From Prorocentrum cordatum (lineage: Eukaryota), in assembly GCA_963575745.1 (NCBI GenBank), contig CAUYUJ010000003.1:744001-808000 (forward strand): 64,000 nucleotides of DNA. The letters are read 5' to 3'. Below the pieces are notes generated by a model. The model had not been told where the DNA came from. It saw only the letters and a program-made list of their open reading frames with translations, and did no database searches. The position numbers were made by a program, and so were the translations under genes. Shown in pieces: positions 25,901-38,455 of this stretch. Each line of letters starts with the position of its first letter. The stretch's first letter is position 1.

Positions 25901-26145
25901 GATGGCCGAGGATCAGCCAGCACCCCGACTGAATCCGCCGACGGCTCGCCCCTGTCAAACGCTTGATTCGTGCATGTAAAAGGGAAGTGGCAGCACTGCA
26001 GAATCATCCTCTCCTTCTCCCTGTAGGGCTGTCCATGAGAAAATGGTCGCTGGAATGGCACACTGGGCGCGCCGCGCCGCCGCGCGGCCCCGGCCCGTGG
26101 CCGGGCGGCCCCGTTTCGGGGGGGGAGGTTCCCAAGGGCGATGAT

Positions 26146-26350
26146 TTGGACGCCCGGAATGGGCCCGGAAACAACGGGCGCAATGCCCGACGGCAAATGT
26201 TGCCCCGAACCAACGGCGGCCGCTGTTGGGCAGGCGACCTTCTGTCTCTAATGGGCGCAGGCCACGGCGGCGCGGACAGCGAATCCTGTTCAAAATGATT
26301 AGAAACTGCTGTTGGGCATTGTGCCCAGGCCCTCCGCGCCCATGTCGTTC
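26146..26350. mobile_element. MITE-like element nested in the Copia pol region
   Basis: GGGCGCAATGCCCGACGGCA and inverted TGCTGTTGGGCATTGTGCCC; interior similar to 15320-15510. Confidence 0.6.
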
Positions 26351-27559
26351 GCGCAGAGATGATCACCCCGGATGGAACCTGGAACGTCGCCGCCCCGGAG
26401 GGTCGCTTCCCCGCGCCACGTCTGCCGCCGCCAAATCTTCTCATCATCTGATTCAGTGTCGGAATCCAATTACAGCTCCACAATCGCCACGCGGCACGAA
26501 CTGCTGTCGGGCAGAAGTTCTCCAGCTACAGCAATGCTGCCCTTGGCGTCGTGCGCTGCTCTCCCAACTTTGATCCCCATGCATCGCACAAGTGCCAGAC
26601 ATGGCCCCTGGTCTTTAATTGCGAAGAGTCATATTTTTATGTTGTACTTCTCTACGGCGCGGCTGCGTTCTCCAATGGGGCCCTTGGCCATGCGAAACCA
26701 GATGCTGGGATGCGCGCCGGGATTCGTTGATCTATTGATCTTCTTCAGACATTGACAACCGCGATGCGGGTCCTCAACGCGCTTTACGGTGATGGGGTCA
26801 CAGTTCGGGTCGCAATAAAGAACCGCGCGCGGTGCATGTCCTTCGTTTTCCAGTGAGCGGTAAACTTCTGGGACGGTATATCCGACGAGCATCCAAAGAC
26901 ATGTTGTTTCTCTGCAAACTATTCCATGGTGTCCAGATTCTGAATGGCGCGAGCCAATGGCCCCCTTGCTCTCGGGCCCCCCCCCCCCCCCGGAACCGCG
27001 ACGCCCATGTGAAACATGCGAATGTCTGTCCATTTTGTGCTCGATAAAGCGAAGACCAAGCTTCCCTCCCATTTCGGCTGGACCGCCCCGTTGATGATCG
27101 GATCCATCTGCCACCGAAAGCCCTTCAGTCGGTCGCGAACCCCCCGGGCCCTCGTCATCAGATTGGTCTGCTGAGTCGGAACCGACAGCGGCATCGTCTC
27201 TCTCGCGCGTCGCAGAGTGGGGCGCCGGCGGAATGATATGTTCAAATTACTCATAAACATCAGTTGGCGCACGCGCAGCTGGTCTGCATGTCCGCGGCCG
27301 GTTGAGCTCCACTGGAAGAGTCACCAGCTGCGTCTCTGGGCGGCGCTGCCACCGTTGCAATTTGAGCGATGGCCTTCTCGCGCGCGTCTTTCGTTGGAAA
27401 CTCAGGTTCTCGGTTATCCGCAGTTGCATCGAGAGAAATGCTGTATACCTGCTCAGATTTCTCAATGACCGGCCGAGTGCCATCAGGCCTGCGCCCAATC
27501 ACCATGTCAAGACCTTCGAGTGATCCCACAGGAGCAGCATAACTCTGTTCCAACGACTC

Positions 27560-29080
27560 CCCCCGCCTTGCGCACACATCCCAGAAATATAACTGGAATC
27601 ACATCGTGGCCCGTCTTGGCCATTCGGCATCGAGGTTCCCGTGGTGGCATGTAGCGAACACCGAAAGGAATGAGAGCAGCTGAAAAGGATGATCCGAAGC
27701 GTGCTTGAAAACTGGATGCCCCTTCCTTGTCCTGCCTACCATCGTACAAAAGACAATAATGCCGCGCGGCATGCGTCCATAATGGCGGCGGTGGAAACGC
27801 GCGAGTGCCCACCTGGGGGATCCCGTTCGACGTTTCGGCAACTGCTGCAAGTTTCTCGTTGCCAGGGACGGCGGCGGCGCGCGCGCAGCGAAGTCCCCGG
27901 CGCGCGCGCAAGCTCGCGAGCACCATCCGCGAAACGATCCGCCAAGAAATTGCACGCGCGGGCCGTCGGCTGGCCATGGGCGCCGCGCGCGGCAGGGCAA
28001 TGTGGGAACCGATCGCGACATGTCGCGCGCGCAGTCTACCCATCGAGTCCCTGCGATAGCTGATCAGCTGAAAACCAGCGATCCATGGTGGTGAGATGTC
28101 CGAAGCAAGGAGGGCCAGAGCATGGTCTGGCAACTTCTAGCCTTTTATCATGGCCCGGGATCCTGCGATGCCGCAAGCGAAATGCCTCTGCCATTTTGCG
28201 TGCCTCACAGAAAAGAATTCTGAGGGGGATCTGCCATAGGATGATGGGCGGAGACTGCGTCTTTCTCTGGGCGCTCAGCAAACGACTTCTCGGCGCCTAC
28301 CTCTTCTGGTTCGGCCGGTGGTTCAGCGACGTCGACCAAATCTTCGTCGGCGGGGCCGGTGACCTCGCCCGCGTCGGGCTCGCCGGGGGCGGGGGTGGAA
28401 TCAAAGCGCCCATCTTGGGAGTCATGGGGCAGATTCCCCGAGACAGCCCCCCCCCCCCCGCGGGCCGCTCGCATTCCCCGATCCGAAGACCCCCGACGGA
28501 GTTGGCGGCAACGGGTGAGCCGCAATGGCACCTGCTGCACTATATGTCCGCACATGTTTGCCCGAGACCAGAGGCGAGCAAAAAAAATAAGCGGTGGCAT
28601 CCACAGGTTCCGCGTCCAACGGGGGCGAATAGTCCGACTGGATCGGTCGGCCGTCTAGATAACTGCGAGTGGCAATCACCTCTTTCGCATGCAGGCCCAT
28701 GGTTGTGCGGGTCTGGGCAGAGCTTGCAGGGGGGCCTCCAGCCGCCCCCGCATCATCCAGAAAAAGCCGCGGCGCCCGGCACCGCGCGCGCCTCCCTAGA
28801 GCATCCGCCCCCAAGGCGACTGCGCATCTCCAGCGGCCTAAAACCTCCCCTGAGTGCGAGATGCGATATCATTCCATCGACGGTCAAATTGACTCATCTT
28901 GTCCGGAGTAAATATAGGTTTTGGCACGCAAGCCAATAACGACTAAACCCGCGATCCATGCAACGTTACCAAATTGAAAACACGCCCGGACGTCGGGCAT
29001 GACGGGCGCTTTGAACTGACCGTCTTGAAATGTACGACATGCCGCGCTAAGTGGACCTAAGGCCCTACTGGAGCCTCTGG
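27560..29080 (-). pseudogene. Copia integrase remnant, split by an insertion at about 28040-28850
   Basis: PLSAACRTFQ (Zn-finger position), FGN...GLVVIG, GTRA...PPLWTHAARHYC, RFG...LIPFG, VIFLG. Confidence 0.65.
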
Positions 29081-29949
29081 CAGAATTCAGAATAATACAT
29101 GGAAGCGGCTTCCACATCTTACCCGTAGCATTTGCACTTTCAACAAATCTCCCAGCGACGAGATTGAAACTGTAGCACGCGCCTACTTTAATTCGCATTG
29201 AACCCAAACTGACACGATCATTCCATCGGTCTCCGACGGCTGCGTTGCCTTCGGATTCGTTCTCCGATCCCGACCATAATCTCCAAACCTCGCTCTCGAG
29301 TTCCGAGGCCTTCGAGATGGTCTTAACCGACGGTGTCATGACCTTCAGAACCATGCAGGATTGCATGTCCTTTGTCTGGAAATTACCATCTGCCCTGACT
29401 AGAAGATGGGGGAACTTTCCCCCCTTATCTGGCCTTTCTTACGGTAGCGGTGGGATTTCTCGTAAGATGGTGAGCACGCGTTGTGAGGCCACGCGTTGCG
29501 GAAAGTGTCATCTTCGCGCAACTCTGCCTTGGGGTTGCGCCATGCGTTGTCTCGATGGCAGCCCTTGGTAAAACGGTATTATTCTCTCTGTGCCACGTCT
29601 GACACAGTGACAGGTGCTGCGTCCACCTTGTCCCTGGCATGTTCCACGTAAAACGCGGGCTCTAAATTGACGACGCCATTGGGAAAGTGATCCGTACCCG
29701 CGTCAGTTGACAATTCGGACCATGTGCAAAATGTTAAAGGTGCTGGGCAAACATCATGCCTGCTCAACGTCATGATTACAATCGGCCTCTTGTTACTATA
29801 CCGTCGACTTAATCGACAAACGAGCGCTGGGGCGCAGATCGCACATCATGCAAATATCGCAGCCATCACCATCAAGTTAAAATGTCGGTGGTCAGCGCGT
29901 CCCCAGGGAACGAATGGCTGAGCCACTGTCCAACAGTAGCCAACGCCAT

Positions 29950-30860
29950 GGATGTCCTGGCGCGTTGGCGCGGAAACGCACCAAGCACCGAGAGGGCAAT
30001 TCTTCTTTTCGATCCAATTCCAGCAGGGAGCACTGCCTTTGCCTTTTCCACTCCCTTTGCTGCAGGTACTTCTCAGACTACCCTTGTCACTGCGAACTAG
30101 CCGCGGAACTTCTTTTGGCTGCGTTAGCCGCAACTGACCCGGCCTGTTTCTGACTTCGCCCATGCTGCTGCTACCGCGCTTTCTTTGCAGCTTCCTCCAA
30201 TTTGTCGCGTCGCAGCATCTCGTCGGGAGTCAATTTCCTACGCTGTCGATCACAGGGCGGGCCACGCGGATGACCTCGGCATTTGCCGCTCGAGAAAGCA
30301 TGGCCAGCCATATTCTCTTGCAGCCATTGTACAGGGCCCCCCGGCAAACTCCCCGCGTCTCTGGGCCCCGGGGTAGCGGGCCTATCTCTGAGGCCTGCCC
30401 CCCTGCCCTCGTCATCTTTATCTACCTTGGGCATCGCAGCCGGCTGGGCCGGTTGCGGGGGGGGGGGCGGCTGCCTTGGGCCACTTGCAATTGAACGGGC
30501 GCCCCTACTCCTCATCTGGGCATCGCGCGCCTTGCAGAACACACAGGCAAGCGACTTCAATCTTCGCCCGCCCGTCTGCGACCGCAGCTGTGGATTTCCC
30601 CGACGACTTCTTTGGGTCGGCGGGGCCTGGGGCGGCAGACTTGCTCTCGTGCTTTCCTCTTCGGTTCTGCGGTTGGGAATCTTCCTCCGACAGTCCAAAT
30701 GAATATCATGCCGTTCCTTCTCCGTGCATTGCCGCTGTTGGCGCAGCAACCGTTCATGTGTTCTGACATCCGCTCCTACCTTGGCATTGCTCAGTCATGG
30801 AAGGCCTGCGCCATCTGCATCTTCGAAAAGATCTTCACCTCATCATATAAATGATCATGG
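29950..30860 (-). pseudogene. Gag remnant with a CCCH-type zinc finger
   Basis: KGSGKGKGSAPCWNWIEKKNCPLGAWC (C-x8-C-x5-C), located upstream of pol. Confidence 0.55.
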
Positions 30861-30932
30861 GTCGCCGCGGCCATCTCTGGGGGTGGCTTGGGGCCTCCGC
30901 GAAGGTCGCGGCAAAGAGACATCCGCCCGCTG

Positions 30933-30970
<38 letters not shown>

Positions 30971-33319
30971 TCATATATTTAACATACGAATCCCCATCAA
31001 GTTTGCCCCTGGCCACGACAATTTTGAACGCATCCCGCGCCGCCGCGCCCCCGCCGTGCTCTGCGCGGACGGGCGGCAAATGACTGATCGCACGCGCCAT
31101 CTCTCGCCCGGTAAACAAACGGACCCATCATGCGCATCGCGCCCCATTTGCGACATCCGCGCAACGGGGTGCGCCCGCCGCGGTGGGGGATGATTCGCCT
31201 GCCCCATCTGGGACAACTTCTCCGTCGCATCCACAACAATCAACATATCCATCCGTTCGCACTTCCCTCGGTGTCGCGGAACACCGGGGTCTTTATCGGA
31301 GCCGTTGCTTGAGCGATCCAAGGCATTGCCCCTCTGCATCAGGGGGTGTCAATGATATTGGCCGCGTCGCATGGATCTGCCATTCGGCAGGCCCCGTGGC
31401 ACTGTGTATTGGCATCCGCTTGATTTCCGATGCCCCCCTCATCTGCCCCCAGAAACCCTGGGGATATGTGATGGGCCCATGCCGTCTTTACCATCACCCC
31501 CTCCAAATCCACCGGCGCGAGGTGGCCCGCCTGCTCCGCCATCTCCGCCCCCGACTGAGTCGCGAGCGTTCGGCGCCGGGACAGGCGGCCCATCTGGGGC
31601 CCCCAAATGGTTCGAGGAACTGAAGGGGCAGAGGCTCGCCGAGGAAGCGTCGCCCCAACCGTTCGAGGGCGCGCCAACAACTGTCATGCAATTCAGATGT
31701 GATCTCCGACTCAGCATGAGCCCCCCTTGTTTTGCTTTCTCGGAATATCATCGCCATTGCCGTGCATTCGCAAGGAAGTCCTTCTGTTGCTGAGCGAGCC
31801 TGGCTGCGAGCGCCCGTATCTCCCACTGCCGAGAGCGCCGATGCCCCTCCTCCGGACGTTTCTGGGCAGTTTCCGCCACGGCTTCCGTCGTGTCGCGAAC
31901 GAATTGCCTCGCCGTTTGGTAATGGGGCCGATGCGGCTGTCGCAACATGGCTTGGAACATCAAATGCGCGTTATCCCCTTTCCCGTCTTAACAGCAATGA
32001 TGCATTTGCACGTCTCCCGAGGCAGCGGCGACGCGCGGTCGCGGCTCTCTCTCCAAGGCCCGATGCGTTGAGCTTCCTGGCATCAAGGGCTAAGCCTCGA
32101 ACGCTAATCCGCTCGACCCACCGCCCCCGGGAAGGTAAGCGCCGACTCGGGTCTCCTCGGAAATCACGTGGATGTTTGCGTTCATTTTCATTGTTTGAAG
32201 AGTGGCGGTGCGCTCTCGAAGGTCCGCTTGCTGCGCGACTGCTACGGCCTCTTCATTCGCGCGGCGAACCAGGGCAGCTGCTTGCAACGCTTTCTCTTGC
32301 ATCGCGTCTTCCGCCGATCGATGAGAACTCTTCGCCTCTATCTCCAACTTCTGCAGATGTGATTTCCCTCGCTGAAGTTTCCCCCGCAGTTCTGTTTCCC
32401 TTTTCTACCATCTCTTGTTCCGCAAATTACTACAACTCCTCATTGTGCCATTCAACCTCGATCAGAGACAGCTGAGCTGCCCTCGACGCTGCCTGCCGGC
32501 CCAGATGGGCTTGCTGCGCGGCCCGCAGAAGGTCTCTTTCTCATGCTTAAGCTTCCGGAATCGTCCTTCGCGAAGTCTCGTTCCAGTGGCCAAGCCGGTC
32601 GAAAACGCGGACTCTGGGGGATCTCGCATTCCCGGGACAAGCATTTTCCGCTGATGGGTAACATCGCGGTCCTCGGGCCAGACATATCACTGTGAACGAA
32701 AGGCCCCCAGAAGATGACGCCTGGGATCCTGGGCTGCTCCTTGACCACGCGCGCATTCTAGCTGCTAGTGGCGAAAGGCACACAAGTTTCCGGATGGCGT
32801 TACGTCGAGACAACATTGCAATCGGGATGCGCCCTGGGATTTATCGCGTAGCCGGGCAATCCTGATCGCCAAGCAAACTTTGCGCCACCCTGAAATTCGG
32901 ATTTGGAAAATGATGCCCCATGCTTGCTTCTTCAGGTACTTCGGGACGCTTTGCCTCAGGCGTCTCTCCTGCGTTGTGTCTTGCGTGGTCCGTCTGCGCC
33001 AGAATCAACGCATTTTTATGTATGATGGGCCAAATCTCCGAACTCCGATCATCTTCTTCCATGATAGCTGAAAGCGCATGGTCCTCATCATCTTCCCAAC
33101 CCATGAATTGAACCAGCGCTGAACCGCCGTCTTCAAGTGTAGCAAAAAGGGTCATCCGTGAAAGAACCATGGGAACGACTGACGGCTTATGACACAAAAC
33201 ATCATTTAGCGGAATGTTCGGCGGCTCTCTTTTGCGGTCTCAAATTTGAACAAGCGCATGGATACCATTTGTATTTGTCATTTGCATGTCAGATACAACA
33301 TTCGAGCTTTCGGCTGATA

Positions 33320-33668
33320 GCCAGCCACTTGCTAAAGGAATACGGCGCCCGGCAACAATGGGATATCATGGTGATGTTAAAGTGCCGGTCTCATCGCCCA
33401 TGATGGGTACATCAGACATGTGTTCTGCGATCCGTTCACCTATGAGTAACAATATACGAAAAAACTGAATAAACGAGGAGGGATGACGACGACACCGACG
33501 ACGACTCGCAGCCTTTACCCTCGCGCGTCGGCGGGCCCGCGGTGCCCGCAAGAGGCGCTCCTCCAATGCAGCCTAGATCACTGCGGCGGCCGCAGGGAAC
33601 GAACAGGGAGAGAAGAGTAACAACGCCCCCCGCGGCGGGACGTGTAGGCCCACGCTTCGAATCCACCC
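33320..33668 (-). repeat. Putative 5' LTR (may extend to about 33190)
   Basis: Direct repeat of 21285-21633; begins with TG on the minus strand. Confidence 0.75.
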
Positions 33669-35420
33669 AAAAGAGTACGTGCGCATTGACCCCCCCCCCG
33701 GCGCCAACCCCCAATTTTTTTTACAGCGCCAGGGGAGGGGTGCCGATAATCCCGCAAGATCTTCCTAAGGGAGGGCGAAAAAGACCGACGAGTCCCCCTG
33801 TAGATTCCCCACGAGCGACCGCAAGGAGGCAATAGGAGGAGGAGGAGGAGGAGGAGGAGGAGGAGGAGGAGGAGGAGGAAGATGAGGAACACAGAGAAGG
33901 AGACGAGGATGGAGGAGGTGGAAGGGAGGAAAGGGAGGAGGAGGAGTGAGGAAGGGGGGAGGAAGACCGATCTCCAGATAGTCACGTGCGACTGCTTTGG
34001 AACCCATGGAACCTCAACTTGTGGGCACCCCGCCCCCATCGCCCCCAACCAGGGAGGCTCCTCACTCCCCCGGTCGCACGCCCGCATGCGGTGGCGGTTG
34101 GGCGTGGGCTCTTGGCAGGACCGTCGCTGCATGCTGCTATGGCTCAGACCGCCGTCCTACTCCCTCCTCCGCCTCCTCACCGTCCTCCTCCCCCTATCAA
34201 CCTCATGTTCATCATCATCCCCTTCCTCCTCCTCCTCCTCCTCCTCCTCCTCCTCCTCCTCCTCCTCCTCCTCCACCTCCCCCTCCTCCTCCCCCATGCT
34301 GCATACAGTCAAGCTACTTACTACCAGTAAGGAATGACGCCCCTTTTTGGCCCCAGAAGCCCCTGGGTGCACGGGGAGCGTTGGAGGAACAACAAAGGAA
34401 GGACCTTAATGAACAGCGAGCCGAGTCCGAGTCTGAATTGCCCCGTATTTCAACATCTTGACTGTCGCTGGAGAGAGCCCACATCCGAGCAGTGACAAGC
34501 CTTCTTGAACGCCTCGTGGTCTTTTACTCGATAAATGTGGCCGTCGAGCTCAAACTCCAATACGCCCTGCGAGCCAGTCTCCGTGATCAGCAGAGCTGCC
34601 TTGGGCTCAACCTGGAAGGACTCAGAATTCTAGACTGAGTTACTGTTGAGAACCAGCTAACAGAAACATGGATCCTCCGTCTTGACTGCAGCATTCAGGC
34701 ATCCAGTCAGCCAGCGCATGGAGGGAACGCGAGCCAATAGGTCCAGCGACGTGTGGCTGGGAAACACTCGCTGCGGGCAGAAGTGAAAAAGCCAGGGGTA
34801 GTTCATTCCAACTACGAGGAGCTGGCATGGTACAGATGGAAGGCATGCAGTCTGGACGCACTAGATTGGGTTGGTGACCAGTGCCTTCAATGTCGTTGGT
34901 CGAAACTCACGCGCAGATTTCTGGCGGTTCCCTGGTGCTAGAGATCCGCGCAAGCTTCCGACTGCCAAGCTAGCTCTCCGATGGGCAGAACCACCTGCGC
35001 CACTACCCATCACCCAATCAGGACACGTCACTGAATGTTCTGTCATCGACCCCACCCAGAAGAAGCAACGCAACTCCCTCTCACCCTAAGCCCGGCAGGA
35101 TCCTCCACACCGCCCCGAGATGTGCTCCAGACTGCCAGACAAAAAACACTGAAAACATTGACCCTCGATCCTGGAACGTCGACGAAGTCGAGAGCTGCAT
35201 GACTTCTGAACCCTTGGAAGTCGTTTGGTTGGTCAAGGCGACAAAGAATTCTGTGAAAAAATACGCGTATGGACGCTCTAGCGTCCCACAGGTTGGGAAG
35301 CTGGGACGACTGCACACCGAACTCCTTGGCCGACCAAACGGCCTGGTGTATACTTCAAGCCACTCCCAAGCCCGCTGTGGCAGCAGCCCTGGGAGAGAAC
35401 CTTTCCCCCCTCTGCCTTCC

Positions 35421-35955
35421 ATTTTTACGTCCATGATGGCGACAGAAAGTATGGGTACGATGCCCAACACCAGTGACTGCTTCTGTGGAGCAAGAAGTGC
35501 TGTCCTTCAAGGCCCATCAGACAACAAGTCGAATCACTATAAAAGCGGTTCTTGATTGGTTGGAGAACAAATCCTGTCAAATGGACTGGGACTACTACGA
35601 AATGATTAGATGTGTTGCCTGTTAGTCCTCGGAGGGCAGCAAATCTCGTTCGAGATGGCCTAGTGGAACCAAACATTGCATGAACGATAACTTGCGGAGG
35701 TCCGCGCGGATTTCTCAGATCGGCGCTAGGACCCCTTTCCTGACGCGCGGAGCGCGCCAGAGGCGGCGCCAGAGGCGCCGTCAAAGGCGCTGCCAGAGAC
35801 GCCGCCAGGGGTCCCTAACGCCGATCCGAGAAACACGCTCAGACATCTGGACAATTTGCTTGCGTTCGTGCAATTTCGTTGATCCTCGATGAGCAGGCAC
35901 TGCTGTTGGGCATCATACCCGTACTTTCCGTTCCCATTCCGGGCGCGCCGAAATT
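35421..35955. mobile_element. MITE-like element of about 535 bp with imperfect TIRs of about 60 bp
   Basis: GAAAGTATGGGTACGATGCCCAACACCAGTGACTGCT versus reverse-complemented right end GAAAGTACGGGTATGATGCCCAACAGCAGTGCCTGCT. Confidence 0.75.
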
Positions 35956-35989
35956 TCACACCAGGAGGGGCACCGAAGGCACTGGCTCG

Positions 35990-36231
35990 CCGCTGGCGGC
36001 CGACCCCTTGTCCTCGAGCTTCGCCTCCGCGGCCCGCTCCGCCTTGGCGGGCGGCAAGGGCGCCATATCCGCGTCAGGGTCGTTCCCGCGGCGCACCTTC
36101 TCGCGCGTGGTGGCGGTGTCCCAGTCGTCGATATTCCCCTTGCGACGGCGCACGGGAGTGTACATTGGCGCGGCCTCCATCTGCCTTGCGGCGCGAAGCG
36201 GCGGGGCAGGCTTGGTGGGGAGCTTGAGCGC
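35990..36231 (-). CDS. Candidate host exon (ALKLPTKPAPPLRAARQMEAAPMYTPVRRRKGNIDDWDTATTREKV...); donor site uncertain
   Basis: TAG|G acceptor at 36232/36231, open GC3-rich frame, non-repetitive. Confidence 0.4.
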
Positions 36232-38455
36232 CTAGATACCTGCGCGGAAGCGTTGCACCCGCACTGTTTCAGCTGCCGTGACCATTGACATGTAAAAACT
36301 GGTTGTCTGAAAATGAAACTCGACGAGAGTTTCGACATACTTCTCTAACACACACAAGTTGGCCTGCCCCAAAGAGTCGACGCAGAGCGCCGCGAAGAAG
36401 GATTTCGGACGACGCAAAGGGGTTAGGCAAGCTGATTTGACAACTTCACGGCATTACTAACGTGCGTTGTTGTAGGAAGTTGGACGGGCACGTGGGCTGT
36501 TCAGTGGTGCCAGCCGGCGAATAGCCTGATTGCCTCACCTCAACTTATACGGAACCCACAGAGGACGTACGCGCCCAGCTATGTACATGAACACAGCTCC
36601 TTGATCCGCGCGACTGGCCGCGTGATACAAACATTTGCGTAATGCGTACCCTCGAAACCAACGTGGATTCATGTACGTGTACGTCCTTCTTTCGCTCCTG
36701 AGCTTAGGCGTGCAAGTTTGTGAAACGAGGCTACCTCCTGGTCAACATGCCTGATGCAACTGTCAGGCATGCTGGCCAGGAGATCGTGCTAAGTTTGGGT
36801 TCCATTTCCTGGCAATGTACTGGCAGGCCAGATCATGCTTGCGTATGTAGACCGGGCGCATGCGGCCGCTAGGCGTGCGAGAGAGCATGCAAAGAGTTTG
36901 AGATACTGCGAAAACGCAGTCAGAGTTTTAGGTATGGTAGTTTTGGACATTCCTGACCGGTTTGGCAGAGCAGGGGCCTTCAAAAGGAACAAGGGGACCC
37001 GAGTGCTAAATATGTGCCCCGCGCCGTTTGATCGCGACGCGCCCAAGTGGACGACGACAACACCACGGCAAACCCACGGCAAACCCTGCGTCCCGCGCCC
37101 CAGATAGACGAGGGCGGCACCGCGGCAAACCCCACGTAAACCCACCGCGTCCCCGGCGGAGTTTGCCCTGGTGGCCGCGGCGCCCTCCCCAAAACGGAAG
37201 GCCGCGCGTCGGAACAAACAGCGCGGCGACAGATCGGACCACCGCATTGCTAGCTTCTGCCTGTCGGAGCCGAATCCGACCGCACGGCCGCTTCCGACTG
37301 CACGCAAGAGTGACCCCAGGCAAGAGTGGCCTCGGGTGCGCGGCCTCAGGGCCGAATCCAAGCGCGCGGGCCGGTGCCGGGGCCACCCCCGTGAGCCCGC
37401 ACCAGAGGTCACTCCGGCGACAGGCCACTCCTGCGCGGGGCCGACGCTTCCCGCCCCCCTCTGGGAGAGCCCGCGGGCGCAGCTGTCCGCGGAGCACGGC
37501 CCCGTCGGGCCCACCCCTGGGCAGACTCTTGGGGCACGGCCGGGGGGGCAGAGGACGGAGACGGGCGGAGGCCGAGGCAAAGGAAGAGTTGTCAGCAGCC
37601 CCGCTGGAGACCGCTGGTTGTTTTTCGGCGATGCAGTCGAGGTGCTACCAGGAGGAACGCCAAATCAGGAACGGATCCCCTTTTTGGCCCCAGGAGGGCC
37701 TGGGTGCCGGAGGAGGGCTAGAGGAACAACCACGGAAGGATCTAAGGAACAACGGACCCCTTGCCGAACCCAAAGCGGCCCTTGTCTCAGCGCCTTGACT
37801 GTAAGCCAGACTCTCTGGTGGTTTGGGTGGGAGGTGACGGCCGATAACCTAACCTCTTCGTTCTGGACTGCCACGCATGTCCGCGCGCTCCAATACTGCA
37901 TGCCCTTTCGGACCTGCGCAACAGACAGGGTCGGGGGGGGAGGGGAGGGAGGACAGACCGACGAATCGGTTTATCGCTGGTTCCTTTGACAACCAACCTC
38001 AAGAGACGTCAGCAGCCCCGCTGCTCACATAACATTACGCGAGCATGGGGACGATACAGAGACGGCAACGTTCAACAGGAGAAGAAAACCTGATCGGACA
38101 AGAACTGGGAGCGCCGCTTGAGTCCAATAACCTTCTTGGGCGACGAAGAATAAAGGAAGGTATGGGCGACGGGGAGGCGATGACGAGGACGACGTGGAAA
38201 ACGAGAGGACAGCGAGGAGGAGCATGAGGACAGCGAGGAGAAAGAGAAGCACAATGACGAAGAAAACGAAGGCGAGTACGAGGAATGCGGAGGACGGTGA
38301 CGACGACGACCGCGACGACGACGACGACGACGACGGAGGACAGTAAGAGGCAATTGGTGAAGGACGATGAATCAGGAGAGGGCCCTGGTGACCCTATCAG
38401 GCTAACTTGGGGGCTCCTGGCGCCGCGCGGGGTTGTCTTGGAGCCTGTTGGGGGC

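Larger units (their letters stand above)
21285..33668 (-). mobile_element. Decayed Ty1/Copia-type LTR retrotransposon (gag-PR-INT-RT-RNaseH plus a DNMT-like domain) with nested insertions
   Basis: Diverged direct repeats of about 350 bp at about 21285-21633 and 33320-33668. Internal remnants on the minus strand are in Copia order (INT before RT). Confidence 0.85.

Noticed and set aside
34325..37810. LTR pair of a second LTR element
   Set aside because: The repeats are short and diverged, with no TG...CA ends or TSD and no gag/pol between them
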